Under the pieces are notes generated by a model. The model was not told the origin of the DNA, searched no databases, and saw nothing but the letters and a program-made list of their open reading frames with translations. A stretch of DNA of 64,000 nt from Desulfobacteraceae bacterium (GTDB taxonomy: Bacteria > Desulfobacterota > Desulfobacteria > Desulfobacterales > SKZT01), in the NCBI GenBank assembly GCA_011389745.1, contig JAABTQ010000003.1, positions 11,520 through 75,519 on the forward strand, in the 5' to 3' direction. The translations under genes were made by a program, and so were the position numbers. Of the stretch, positions 8,808 through 17,221 are shown one piece after another. How positions within the stretch are numbered: position 1 is the first letter of the stretch; every line of letters starts with the position of its first letter.

Positions 8808-9595
8808 AAAACCTTCATCATTATCACCGGATACTTCCGTGGATCATTCCCGCCATTTTTCTGACAGGCTGGTTTTTTGCCGGAAAATTCAATTGGATAC
8901 CGGAATATTTGCTTCCTGATCCTTTTCGCATCATTAAATCCGGACATGTCTACCTTTTTGCCGAGGCCGGCAGTGGGCCCTACGCGGGCCGATTTCTTGA
9001 AGATGCTGCTGCCAGTCTTCTGCGGGTTGGCTTTGGTTTTTCACTTGCGGTTGTCCTGGGCATTCCTTTAGGGGTTCTTTCAGGGCGTATGAAAATCTGC
9101 CGCCACCTGATAAGCACTACTATCAACGGGCTTCGGGCAGTGCCCGGTATTTGTTGGCTCCCTTTGGCCCTGGTATGGTTCGGTATCGGTATGCAAACCA
9201 CAGTTTTTCTGGTAGCCTTGGCAGCCTTTTTTCCCATTTATATCAATACTGCCGCAGGTACCCGCCAGGTCAGCCCCCTGCTCTACCAGGCAGGCGCCAT
9301 GCTGGGTGTGGGTCGTTTTCGGGGAGTCTTTGCCATTTTGCTTCCGGCAGCTATGCCCCAGATTATCAGCGGCCTTCGCCTGGGGCTGGGACTTGCATGG
9401 GCCTATCTGGTACTGGGAGAACTTACCGGAGTGCCCAGCGGACTGGGTGCTGTGATTATGGATGCCCGGATGCTGGGTCGCATCGACATCATTATTGTGG
9501 GTATCATCATTATTGCCGGCATGGGTCGCTTTAGTGATCTTTTGTTGAACACCATACTGCGTTTATTTTTTAAATCAGCACGGAGAATGGGATGA
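8804..9595 (+). CDS. ABC transporter permease, NitT/TauT family
   Basis: The protein is a six-TM-like hydrophobic protein with an EAA-type loop. The TTG start overlaps the upstream stop, indicating translational coupling. Confidence 0.85.
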   Translation: MKNLHHYHRILPWIIPAIFLTGWFFAGKFNWIPEYLLPDPFRIIKSGHVYLFAEAGSGPYAGRFLEDAAASLLRVGFGFSLAVVLGIPLGVLSGRMKICRHLISTTINGLRAVPGICWLPLALVWFGIGMQTTVFLVALAAFFPIYINTAAGTRQVSPLLYQAGAMLGVGRFRGVFAILLPAAMPQIISGLRLGLGLAWAYLVLGELTGVPSGLGAVIMDARMLGRIDIIIVGIIIIAGMGRFSDLLLNTILRLFFKSARRMG

Positions 9596-10377
9596 ACAAA
9601 CCCTTTCAATTAATCCGGTCCAGGCCGGCCACCACGGAACAGCAGCCGGCATTGTCAATTTGCAAGGTGAGCAAAATCTTTCCCGCGGACAACGGCTTCT
9701 TAAATGTGCTGGATAATGTGAGTTTCGATATGACCTCCGGAGAACTGATTTGCCTTCTGGGACCCAGCGGATGCGGCAAAACCACCCTTCTGAAGCTAAT
9801 TGCCGGATTTATGAAACCCAGTGCCGGAAACATCCGAATACACAACCGGACAGTGTCACGACCCGGACCTGATCGATGTGTGGTCTTTCAGGAGGATGCC
9901 CTGTTCCCATGGCTGACGGTGTCCGAGAATATTGCCTTTGGTGCCAAAGGACTCATGCCGAAAAGCAGGGTTGTCCCTGAAGTCCGTCGCCATCTGGAAA
10001 TGGTGGGACTCACCGCTTTCAAAGATTATCTTCCCAAAGAGATCTCAGGAGGTATGAAACAGCGTGTGGCTTTGGCCCGGGTACTTATTTTACAACCGCA
10101 GTTGCTGCTCATGGATGAACCTTTCGGTGCTCTTGACGCCCAGACCCGGGAAGACATGCAAAATCTGCTGCTATCTCTCTGGGAAAAATTTTCGCACACC
10201 ATTGTTTTTGTAACCCATGACCTTGTGGAAGCCATTACCCTGGCAGACCGCATTCTGGTCATGGGCACCAACCCGGGTCGAATCGAGTCGGAAATTCCGG
10301 TTACTCTCCCTCGTCCGCGTAAAAAAGAGAGCGATGCTTTTCACCATTTTTTTCGAAATCTGCGAAGTCACATGTAA
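9592..10377 (+). CDS. ABC transporter ATP-binding protein, NitT/TauT family
   Basis: Walker A GPSGCGKTT, signature ISGGMKQR and Walker B LLLMDEPFGALD are present. An ATGA overlap links it to the permease. Confidence 0.92.
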   Translation: MNKPFQLIRSRPATTEQQPALSICKVSKIFPADNGFLNVLDNVSFDMTSGELICLLGPSGCGKTTLLKLIAGFMKPSAGNIRIHNRTVSRPGPDRCVVFQEDALFPWLTVSENIAFGAKGLMPKSRVVPEVRRHLEMVGLTAFKDYLPKEISGGMKQRVALARVLILQPQLLLMDEPFGALDAQTREDMQNLLLSLWEKFSHTIVFVTHDLVEAITLADRILVMGTNPGRIESEIPVTLPRPRKKESDAFHHFFRNLRSHM

Positions 10378-10498
10378 ACTTCCTTGGTGAAGACATTCAC
10401 CGTCCGTTAATGTCGGTGTGAGTCCGTGTCAGTCCGTGAGTTCCGCCTGCATTGCCACAAACGGTGCTCTTTCGCTTCTGAATCTTCGCTTGCTTTCT

Positions 10499-10594
10499 TT
10501 ACGTCCGACAGTGGGGGCATACACCAAAAACCTCCAGGTGGTGCCCTTCGATAAGATCCCCGGTTTTGACCAAGACAGGCCCTGGCTTTGATCT
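10499..10594 (-). pseudogene. 3'-terminal stub of a Fur/PerR-family regulator
   Basis: The minus-strand translation ends ...KTGDLIEGHHLEVFGVCPHCRT*. This closely resembles the PerR C-terminus TGFKVSHHRLEIYGVCQEC. No DNA-binding or HHHxC region lies upstream and no start codon is present. Confidence 0.4.
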
Positions 10595-10710
10595 TATCTT
10601 ATTTGCAAGTTTAGACAATGCTCTCTTCGGGTGTAAATCTTTGAATAAGTTCGGTTTTGATGTTAAAGTGTAGTTTGCGATAATTTAATTTAATATAGGG
10701 AGGTCGTTAA

Positions 10711-11733
10711 ATGTATCTGGCTCAAAAAAGAATCAAAAAAACTTTACACTATTTTATCCGGCAATCGGTGAAAGGAGGTAAGGAAAAGGTCCAAACCCTG
10801 GAACTTTTTGATCTTGGCTCTGACCCTTCCAAATATATCATCTATCCCGGTGGACATGCCTTTTATATAGATGAAAAAATACAGCAACGACTTGAAGATA
10901 TCGGAATTGAAGTGACACAGGACGATTTGGAGGAAATTTTCTGGCCGTTCTTAAAACCCGATATCAAGAGGGCGCTGGAACCTTTTCGGAGCCGGGGCAA
11001 TGCCAAAAACAGAAGAAAAATGACCCCCTCCCGGGAAGAAAATCTTCGGGCAAAAACCCACCCATTTGATAAACGAAGGTTACATTACTTAAAATTTGGA
11101 AGAATGAATCAGGGGTATGTCGGAAAAATGTCGGGAAAACTGCTAAGGGATTTGGAAGGAAAATCCAGGGATGAAATTGAGCAATATTTTTGGAGAACGG
11201 AAACACAGATTCTAAAAAGGCATGAACTAAAAACTTATTTATATGTTGTTTTCGATCTCCAGCGGTTTTTCACATCACATTGGGCCAATAACGCTCCTGA
11301 ACTGGTTAATGAAGATTCATTGGATGAATATTTCCTTCAGGAAATTTGCCGTCTGAACAGCTCGGATAATTTCTGGGTGGGTGAATTGCACGATAAGAGA
11401 CTTCATGACTATCTGATCCGTTATTTGATTATGTTTTTTGACAATGATTTTACTCAAAGAAATCTTGCAGGTGAATTTTTCAGGGATTTTGTAAACCAAC
11501 ACAGAACATTCAGGGGATATCCGCAAAAAATAACCGTGGACATTCAAGAGGCAAGCACCATTTTCGGAGTATCGCAGGAGACCTTGAATTCGATCTCCAA
11601 AACCAATCTCATACGGCTATATCGGCGTCTTGCCCAAAAGCATCACCCCGACCTGGGAGGTGAACATGAAAAATTCATAAGGCTTACAGAAGCTTTTCAG
11701 TCAACCATGCGCAAACGGCGATTTATCGCATAA
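10711..11733 (+). CDS. protein of unknown function with C-terminal J-domain (DnaJ-like)
   Basis: The last ~60 aa carry LIRLYRRLAQKHHPDLGGEHEKFIRLTEAFQ with the HPD tripeptide. There is no G/F region or zinc-finger. An AGGGAGG RBS lies upstream. Confidence 0.8.
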   Translation: MYLAQKRIKKTLHYFIRQSVKGGKEKVQTLELFDLGSDPSKYIIYPGGHAFYIDEKIQQRLEDIGIEVTQDDLEEIFWPFLKPDIKRALEPFRSRGNAKNRRKMTPSREENLRAKTHPFDKRRLHYLKFGRMNQGYVGKMSGKLLRDLEGKSRDEIEQYFWRTETQILKRHELKTYLYVVFDLQRFFTSHWANNAPELVNEDSLDEYFLQEICRLNSSDNFWVGELHDKRLHDYLIRYLIMFFDNDFTQRNLAGEFFRDFVNQHRTFRGYPQKITVDIQEASTIFGVSQETLNSISKTNLIRLYRRLAQKHHPDLGGEHEKFIRLTEAFQSTMRKRRFIA

Positions 11734-12748
11734 AATGAAAAAGCGTTTGTTTCGCTTCATCCAGACTGGGTAAAATGTCGTTTTGACGAAGCTGCAAATT
11801 CAATTCCTCGGCTATTGGTTGAAGCAGTGCATAAAGTAAACCAGACCGGACTCGAATTTCACTCGGCAAAATCCCGGTTTTGGAAAATTGGTTAACCAGG
11901 ACACCCGGAACCTTGCCCCACATATCTTCCAGCGACGGATCCGCCAAAAAAGTCTCATGACCCACAACCATGCCGCTTTTGGATTCTACGACCATCAGCA
12001 TATAAGGAAGCGACGGTCTTTGATTTTTTTCACCGATTTTTGCGGGAAAAATGAAAAAATCAATTTCGAACACCATATCGGCATGCAGCATTTTTCTTAA
12101 AGCCTCCAGGTCTGCTTTGTTCACCAGGATAGGAATAGGCTCCGGGTCCGGGGGCGGTATTTCCATAATCTTGTCCTCCCAAATTATGGAGTTTCCTTTC
12201 TTGACAGGAATCCGCATGAGATACATCATATCATCAAGATCCAGAAGATATTCATCCTCTTCAAGCCGGCGACCAACATCAATGACCTGTTCCAATGCAT
12301 ATATAAGAAAACGGACCTCATCTCCGGTAACGTACCATGGAAGATATCCCGGACGGATGCTTCGGAACCTCGGCCAGGCATTTTTCCCTCTGAATTTCAA
12401 ATTCAGTTTCTTTATGTATGAATAGTCTTTTTTATCCAAAATATCCCGATTTTCAAAGGAAACCTGCAATTGTTGAACTTCCATGATCTGTTCTGCTGCA
12501 CCATAACCCACAGCATCCTGGAAATCCCAGAAATCATAAAGTGCTTTGGTCCCCTTGTAGACAGCAATACCAAAATGCAAGCCTTCCATACCCATCACAC
12601 TGACAAATCCAAGTTCTCCGGTTTCCGGATTTTTAAGGCCGAAAACATCTGTTTCACCCATTAGGTTCCACGGGGCCATTTCCTTAATTTTTCCGGCAAG
12701 CCTGAAAAGTTCTCTCAATTCCTCCAACAGCGGTTGTTGTTCCTCCAT
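11723..12748 (-). CDS. conserved hypothetical protein (341 aa)
   Basis: This is a long clean ORF with no motif I can name. Its 3' end overlaps the convergent J-domain gene by 11 nt. Confidence 0.7.
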   Translation of the reverse strand: MEEQQPLLEELRELFRLAGKIKEMAPWNLMGETDVFGLKNPETGELGFVSVMGMEGLHFGIAVYKGTKALYDFWDFQDAVGYGAAEQIMEVQQLQVSFENRDILDKKDYSYIKKLNLKFRGKNAWPRFRSIRPGYLPWYVTGDEVRFLIYALEQVIDVGRRLEEDEYLLDLDDMMYLMRIPVKKGNSIIWEDKIMEIPPPDPEPIPILVNKADLEALRKMLHADMVFEIDFFIFPAKIGEKNQRPSLPYMLMVVESKSGMVVGHETFLADPSLEDMWGKVPGVLVNQFSKTGILPSEIRVRSGLLYALLQPIAEELNLQLRQNDILPSLDEAKQTLFHFMR

Positions 12749-12891
12749 ATTTTCCTTTTCCTATTCAGCAGCCTTGATACAACATTTAAAATGCCAAAAT
12801 CGACGACAATATTAATATGCTCTTGCTTTAATTCAATATCCTTTGAATTTGAAGATATTATTTAAACCCCGCTCTGTGGAGTGGATGATTG

Positions 12892-13539
12892 TCAGGCCGC
12901 ATACCAGAGCACTGCAAAATAATGGCATGCGGTACCTGCTATTACAAACAAATGCCAGATAAAATGACAGTATCTCAGGCGCGAACCAGCGGCATAGAAA
13001 GCTACACCCGTGGTATAAGCTAACCCTCCAGCGACCAGCCATAGCAGGCCGGATCCTGGTAATCGGGTATACAATGGTTTGGCTGCTATCAAAATGAGCC
13101 ACCCCATAAGCAAATAAAAAGCAGGAGAGATAATAGGATGAAACATCTTATTAAAAGCCTTCAGCACCACCCCGGCTATTGCAAGACCCCAGACAAGACA
13201 AAGAAGGGTCCAGCCCCACGCGCCACGAAGTACACCAAGTGCTAACGGCGTGTACGTACCGGCGATCAAAAGAAAGATTGCGGAGTGCTCTATGACCCGT
13301 ACCACACGCTTGGCCTTCCCCGCCGGCAGGGCGTGATAGAGGGTGGAAGAAAGGTAAAGCAACACCATGGTCCCGGCGAAAAGACTCACACCAACAATGA
13401 ACCCTGTATCTCCATGCTCTACCGCATCCATGATAAGAAAAGGGGTACCCACAAGTGCAGCCACCAGCCCTATACCGTGGCTGACACTATTTGCCGTTTC
13501 TTCCCCTCGCGATTGCTCACGAGTAGTTACAGTAATCAT
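12892..13539 (-). CDS. hemolysin III / PAQR family channel protein
   Basis: The protein has seven TM segments, EETANSVSHGIG at the N-terminus, and conserved His residues in HSAIFLLIAGTYTP and HFIWHLFV. The start was moved to MITVTT. Confidence 0.85.
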   Translation of the reverse strand: MITVTTREQSRGEETANSVSHGIGLVAALVGTPFLIMDAVEHGDTGFIVGVSLFAGTMVLLYLSSTLYHALPAGKAKRVVRVIEHSAIFLLIAGTYTPLALGVLRGAWGWTLLCLVWGLAIAGVVLKAFNKMFHPIISPAFYLLMGWLILIAAKPLYTRLPGSGLLWLVAGGLAYTTGVAFYAAGSRLRYCHFIWHLFVIAGTACHYFAVLWYAA

Positions 13540-14041
13540 TTTGCTCACGAAATTCCATCCTTGCGACCCGGTTATCCGACACTTCCATAACGGAATGCCG
13601 TCCCTTGAAGCCAATTAGCTTTTTCAATACTTTCCTTTAGAAAATTGTTTGCTCAATACTATCAAAGGCATTATTCTTTTGTATTGTTAAAAATTCTTCA
13701 TGGATTTTACAAAAAAGAATCGTATCAAATCATGGAAAGGGAGAAAAGGAATTTTCGTTCAGGCTAACTAAAAGTTAACCCCCGATGTAGCATTGGAATT
13801 CCCCTAGCACAATTGGATATGCTGTTATAAAATAGTCAAACTCGCTTTCTGCAACTTTCACAGGACTCCTCCGATTGTGAAGTCCTCAATGAGCGGTTAT
13901 TCAGCACCAGGGTTGTAAAACAATTTATTGCAAATTATGATACGATATCCTATCGTTAATAAAAAAAACAAAAGTGGAAAATTCAATATGAAAACGATCA
14001 ACAAATTAACGAATACCCATGCAGTCAATATTGGATTAAAA

Positions 14042-15091
14042 ATGCGCCGTCTCCTGCCATTTTTCCTGTGCATCATGATAGCCATCGGGATAGCGGCGCC
14101 AACAGCTCATGGGGATATATTCAAGTGGAAAGATGAAGCCGGCAACTGGCGATACTCCGACCAGCCGCCGCCGGAATCTCAGGAGGATTCATGGTGGGAT
14201 GAAAAAGGACAGGTCATTCACACCACAAGTCCGGAACAATCATCCGATGAAAGTCAGGCGTCAAAAATCCCTTCCGCACCTCAGCAATCTTTTTCAGGCA
14301 AGGGGATGCTATGGAAAATCGAACTTCAGGGCCCGGCACCAAGCTATATTTTAGGTACCATTCACACCGAAGATCCTCGGGTTATGAATTTTTCTCCATC
14401 ATTGGAAAAGGCCTTTGCCATGACTGACACATTTATCATGGAAGTTATCCTGGATAAAGCCGCACTTGTTCAAGTGAGCACTTCAATGATTTATATGGAT
14501 GGTCGCACATTAAATTCAATCATCGGACAACAGCTTTTTGACAGAGTAATAAAAGCCATGGCATCCCGTGGTATTGCCGAGATGGCCGTCAATCAAATGA
14601 AACCCTGGGCGGTCATGTCCATGCTGAGTGTACCCATGCCGAAAACCGGCCAATTTATGGATGTTGTACTTTATGAAAAAGCCAAATCTCAGGGCAAAAG
14701 GGTATTCGGGCTCGAATCTGCCGGGGATCAGGTAAAGGTTTTTGACAAGATGCCTCTTAAAGATCAGGTTGCCCTTCTGGAAGAAACGTTAAACCAGATC
14801 GATAAGCTTCCGCAGCTTTTTGAAAAGCTGATTCAGACCTATATCAGTGGAGACCTTGATGGTGTGGCCGCAATTGGTAAACAGTTTATAACCCCGGAAA
14901 ACAAAGCCCTGGCCGAAAGGATGCTCAAGCGTTTAAACGAAGACCGCAACCTGGTCATGGCCGATCAGATGCTTCCTCATCTTCTGGCCGGAAATGCATT
15001 TATCGCCGTGGGGGCTCTTCACCTTCACGGCCCCAACGGCTTAATAGCGCTTCTATCGGATAAAGGATTTAAGGTAACCCCGGTTCAATAA
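14042..15091 (+). CDS. TraB/GumN family protein with N-terminal DUF4124-like segment
   Basis: The signal peptide is MRRLLPFFLCIMIAIGIAAPTAHG. DIFKWKDEAGNWRYSDQPP is DUF4124-like, and GTIHTEDPRV with AVGALHL are TraB/GumN hallmarks. Earlier starts at 13928 or 13988 are possible. Confidence 0.75.
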   Translation: MRRLLPFFLCIMIAIGIAAPTAHGDIFKWKDEAGNWRYSDQPPPESQEDSWWDEKGQVIHTTSPEQSSDESQASKIPSAPQQSFSGKGMLWKIELQGPAPSYILGTIHTEDPRVMNFSPSLEKAFAMTDTFIMEVILDKAALVQVSTSMIYMDGRTLNSIIGQQLFDRVIKAMASRGIAEMAVNQMKPWAVMSMLSVPMPKTGQFMDVVLYEKAKSQGKRVFGLESAGDQVKVFDKMPLKDQVALLEETLNQIDKLPQLFEKLIQTYISGDLDGVAAIGKQFITPENKALAERMLKRLNEDRNLVMADQMLPHLLAGNAFIAVGALHLHGPNGLIALLSDKGFKVTPVQ

Positions 15092-15202
15092 GTTTCTAAA
15101 ATTTGCCATCCAAAAGCATTTTAATATAAGCTGTTTTTAGATTGAAAACACATAAGCATTGGAATATTAATTATTTTAAAACATCAGATAGGGAAGACTT
15201 TA

Positions 15203-15460
15203 ATGCCTGAAATATGTCGTTTTTTCGGAATTATAATATTTATGAACTATAATGACCATGATCCTCCTCACTTTCATGCCAGGTATGAGGATCAGGAAAT
15301 TACTATGGAAATCAAGAGCAGGATCGTTAAAGGCCGGATGTCACAGAGAGCACTTCGAATGGTTTTTGAATGGTCTGAAATCTACCATGAAGAACTACTG
15401 GAAAATTGGCGGCTTGCAAGAGAACGTAAGCAACTTGAAAAAATCCCGCCACTGCCATAG
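15203..15460 (+). CDS. DUF4160 domain protein
   Basis: MPEICRFFGIIIFMNYNDHDPPHFHARY is the characteristic N-terminus of this family. Confidence 0.8.
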   Translation: MPEICRFFGIIIFMNYNDHDPPHFHARYEDQEITMEIKSRIVKGRMSQRALRMVFEWSEIYHEELLENWRLARERKQLEKIPPLP

Positions 15461-15470
15461 GGAGGAATAT

Positions 15471-15725
15471 ATGTTTCTGCACGTTACTAATGTGATTTAT
15501 TTGAAGAACTACCAGTTACGACTGGAATTTGACGATGGGAAAATCAAGGATATAGACTTGAATGATGAATTGTATGGTGAAATATTTGAGCCGCTGAAAG
15601 ATACTGAACTTTTCAAGAAAGTTTATATTAATCCGGATACCGGCACTATCGAATGGCCAAATGGAGCTGATTTTGCACCAGAGTTCCTTTATGAATCAGG
15701 GCGGGAAATAAGGAAAAGTGCTTGA
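15471..15725 (+). CDS. DUF2442 domain protein
   Basis: MFLHVTNVIYLKNYQLRLEFDDGKIKDIDL is family-typical. The ATG at 15471 follows a GGGAGGAA RBS. It is paired with the upstream DUF4160 gene. Confidence 0.8.
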   Translation: MFLHVTNVIYLKNYQLRLEFDDGKIKDIDLNDELYGEIFEPLKDTELFKKVYINPDTGTIEWPNGADFAPEFLYESGREIRKSA

Positions 15726-15753
15726 AAAACTTTGGTAAAAAAGAACGGCTATT

Positions 15754-15830
15754 TAGCGCTTGAACGAAAACTCCCCTCCCAGTGGGAGGTACTGGGGGAG
15801 GGAATTATGGACTTTTCGTTCAAGCACTAT
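15754..15830. repeat. composite nested palindrome (REP/MITE-like), possible terminator
   Basis: The outer arms TAGCGCTTGAACGAAAA / TTTTCGTTCAAGCACTA have 13 perfect bp plus 3 of 4 more. The inner elements are CCTCCC-AGT-GGGAGG and CTCCCC...GGGGAG. Confidence 0.7.
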
Positions 15831-15882
15831 TTAGAATTTTTTTAAGCAATTGCCCTAAAATAGCGGATTACTGATACCGAGC

Positions 15883-17221
15883 ATGAACAAGGAAGCACTG
15901 AAACAGCTTGAAAACGACCTCTGGCGAAGCGCGGACACGCTGAGAGCCAATTCGGATCTCAAATCCACCGAGTATTCCACCCCGGTTCTGGGGCTCATCT
16001 TCTTGAAATTTGCCGACAACCGGTACCGCCGCTTTGAAAAGGAAATTCTTCGGGAATATACCCGGCTCAAAGGCACCCGCCGGGAAAAACCTTTAAGTGA
16101 CATTGCCATTGAAAAGTGCGGTTTTTATATTCCGGAACATGCCCGCTATGATTATCTGCTAAATCTTCCGGAAAAAGAGGATATGGCCAGCGCCATCAAA
16201 AAAGCCATGGAAGCCATTGAAGAATACAAACCCGAGCTTCGCGGCGTGCTTCCATGGGATGAATATTTCCGGCTGACCCGCACGGACAAAACCATTCCTG
16301 CCCAGTTGCTGAAAAACTTCTCCAATATTCCATCAAATGCCGAGGGAGATATTTTCGGCCAGATTTATGAATATTTCCTGGGCAACTTTGCCATGGCCGA
16401 AGGCCAGGGCGGAGGCGAATTCTTTACGCCCCGTTCGGTGGTGCGACTGATGGTGGAGATTATCGAGCCTTTCGGAGGCAAGGTCTTTGATCCGGCCTGC
16501 GGCTCAGGAGGCATGTTCGTGCAGTATGGAAAAGCTGGCTGAAAACAAGGAAAAGATCGGCCCTGTTGCGGAACAGCTTCTGGAAGTGCTGGAAAACGGC
16601 GGCGGCAAACAAGCGGTGGGGGATCTGATGGCACAATGGGGAGGACTCAAAAAACTGACGGCTCAGTATGACCGATATCTTGCCGATGATTTTCATGATC
16701 CGGATATCAGCAGGAAAAACAGCGCCCAGCACTCGCTTCGGGAAGCTTTTGATCCGTTTTTTAAAAGTCTTCATGAGGGAATGAAACAGTTGGGAAAGAT
16801 CATCCGGCACCATGAACGGGAGCAGGCCGAGGCCGCCAAAAAGGAAAACAAAAGGTCGGCTGCGGACCGGAAAACCAAAGCATTGAAAACGGCTCTGGAA
16901 GAACTTCAGGCAGGGATCAAAGATGCTGAAAGTTTTTTCAAACATATCCACTGGCTCCAGGAACGTTTTCCGGAAGCTGAATACGAGGACGTCACCGGGC
17001 TTTGCAAACTGGCCACTATCGAGGAGATCAAAGAGCAGGATTATTCCCTGAATCCGGGAAGGTATGTGGGGGTGGTGATTGAGGAGGATGGTAAGACCGA
17101 GGAGGAATTTATTGAGGAGTTGCTGGGTATGAATGATGAGCTCCAAACCATCGATGATGAAGCCAATATCTTAAATAAAATAATATCCCATAATATCAGA
17201 AAGCTAGTTGGAGAAATATGA
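15883..17221 (+). pseudogene. hsdM: type I R-M methyltransferase HsdM with internal deletion and frameshift
   Basis: The N-terminal HsdM domain runs through motif I (FDPACGSGGMFVQ) and stops 6 codons later. The frame switches near 16524 into a coiled-coil C-terminal tail ending ...DYSLNPGRYVGV. No NPPF/NPPY catalytic motif occurs in any frame. Confidence 0.85.

Noticed and set aside
10386-10401. The hairpin GGTGAA-GACA-TTCACC after the ABC ATPase gene might be an intrinsic terminator.
   Set aside because: It is not followed by a T-run and the 6-bp stem has modest stability. It may still pause transcription, but the evidence is insufficient for a terminator call.
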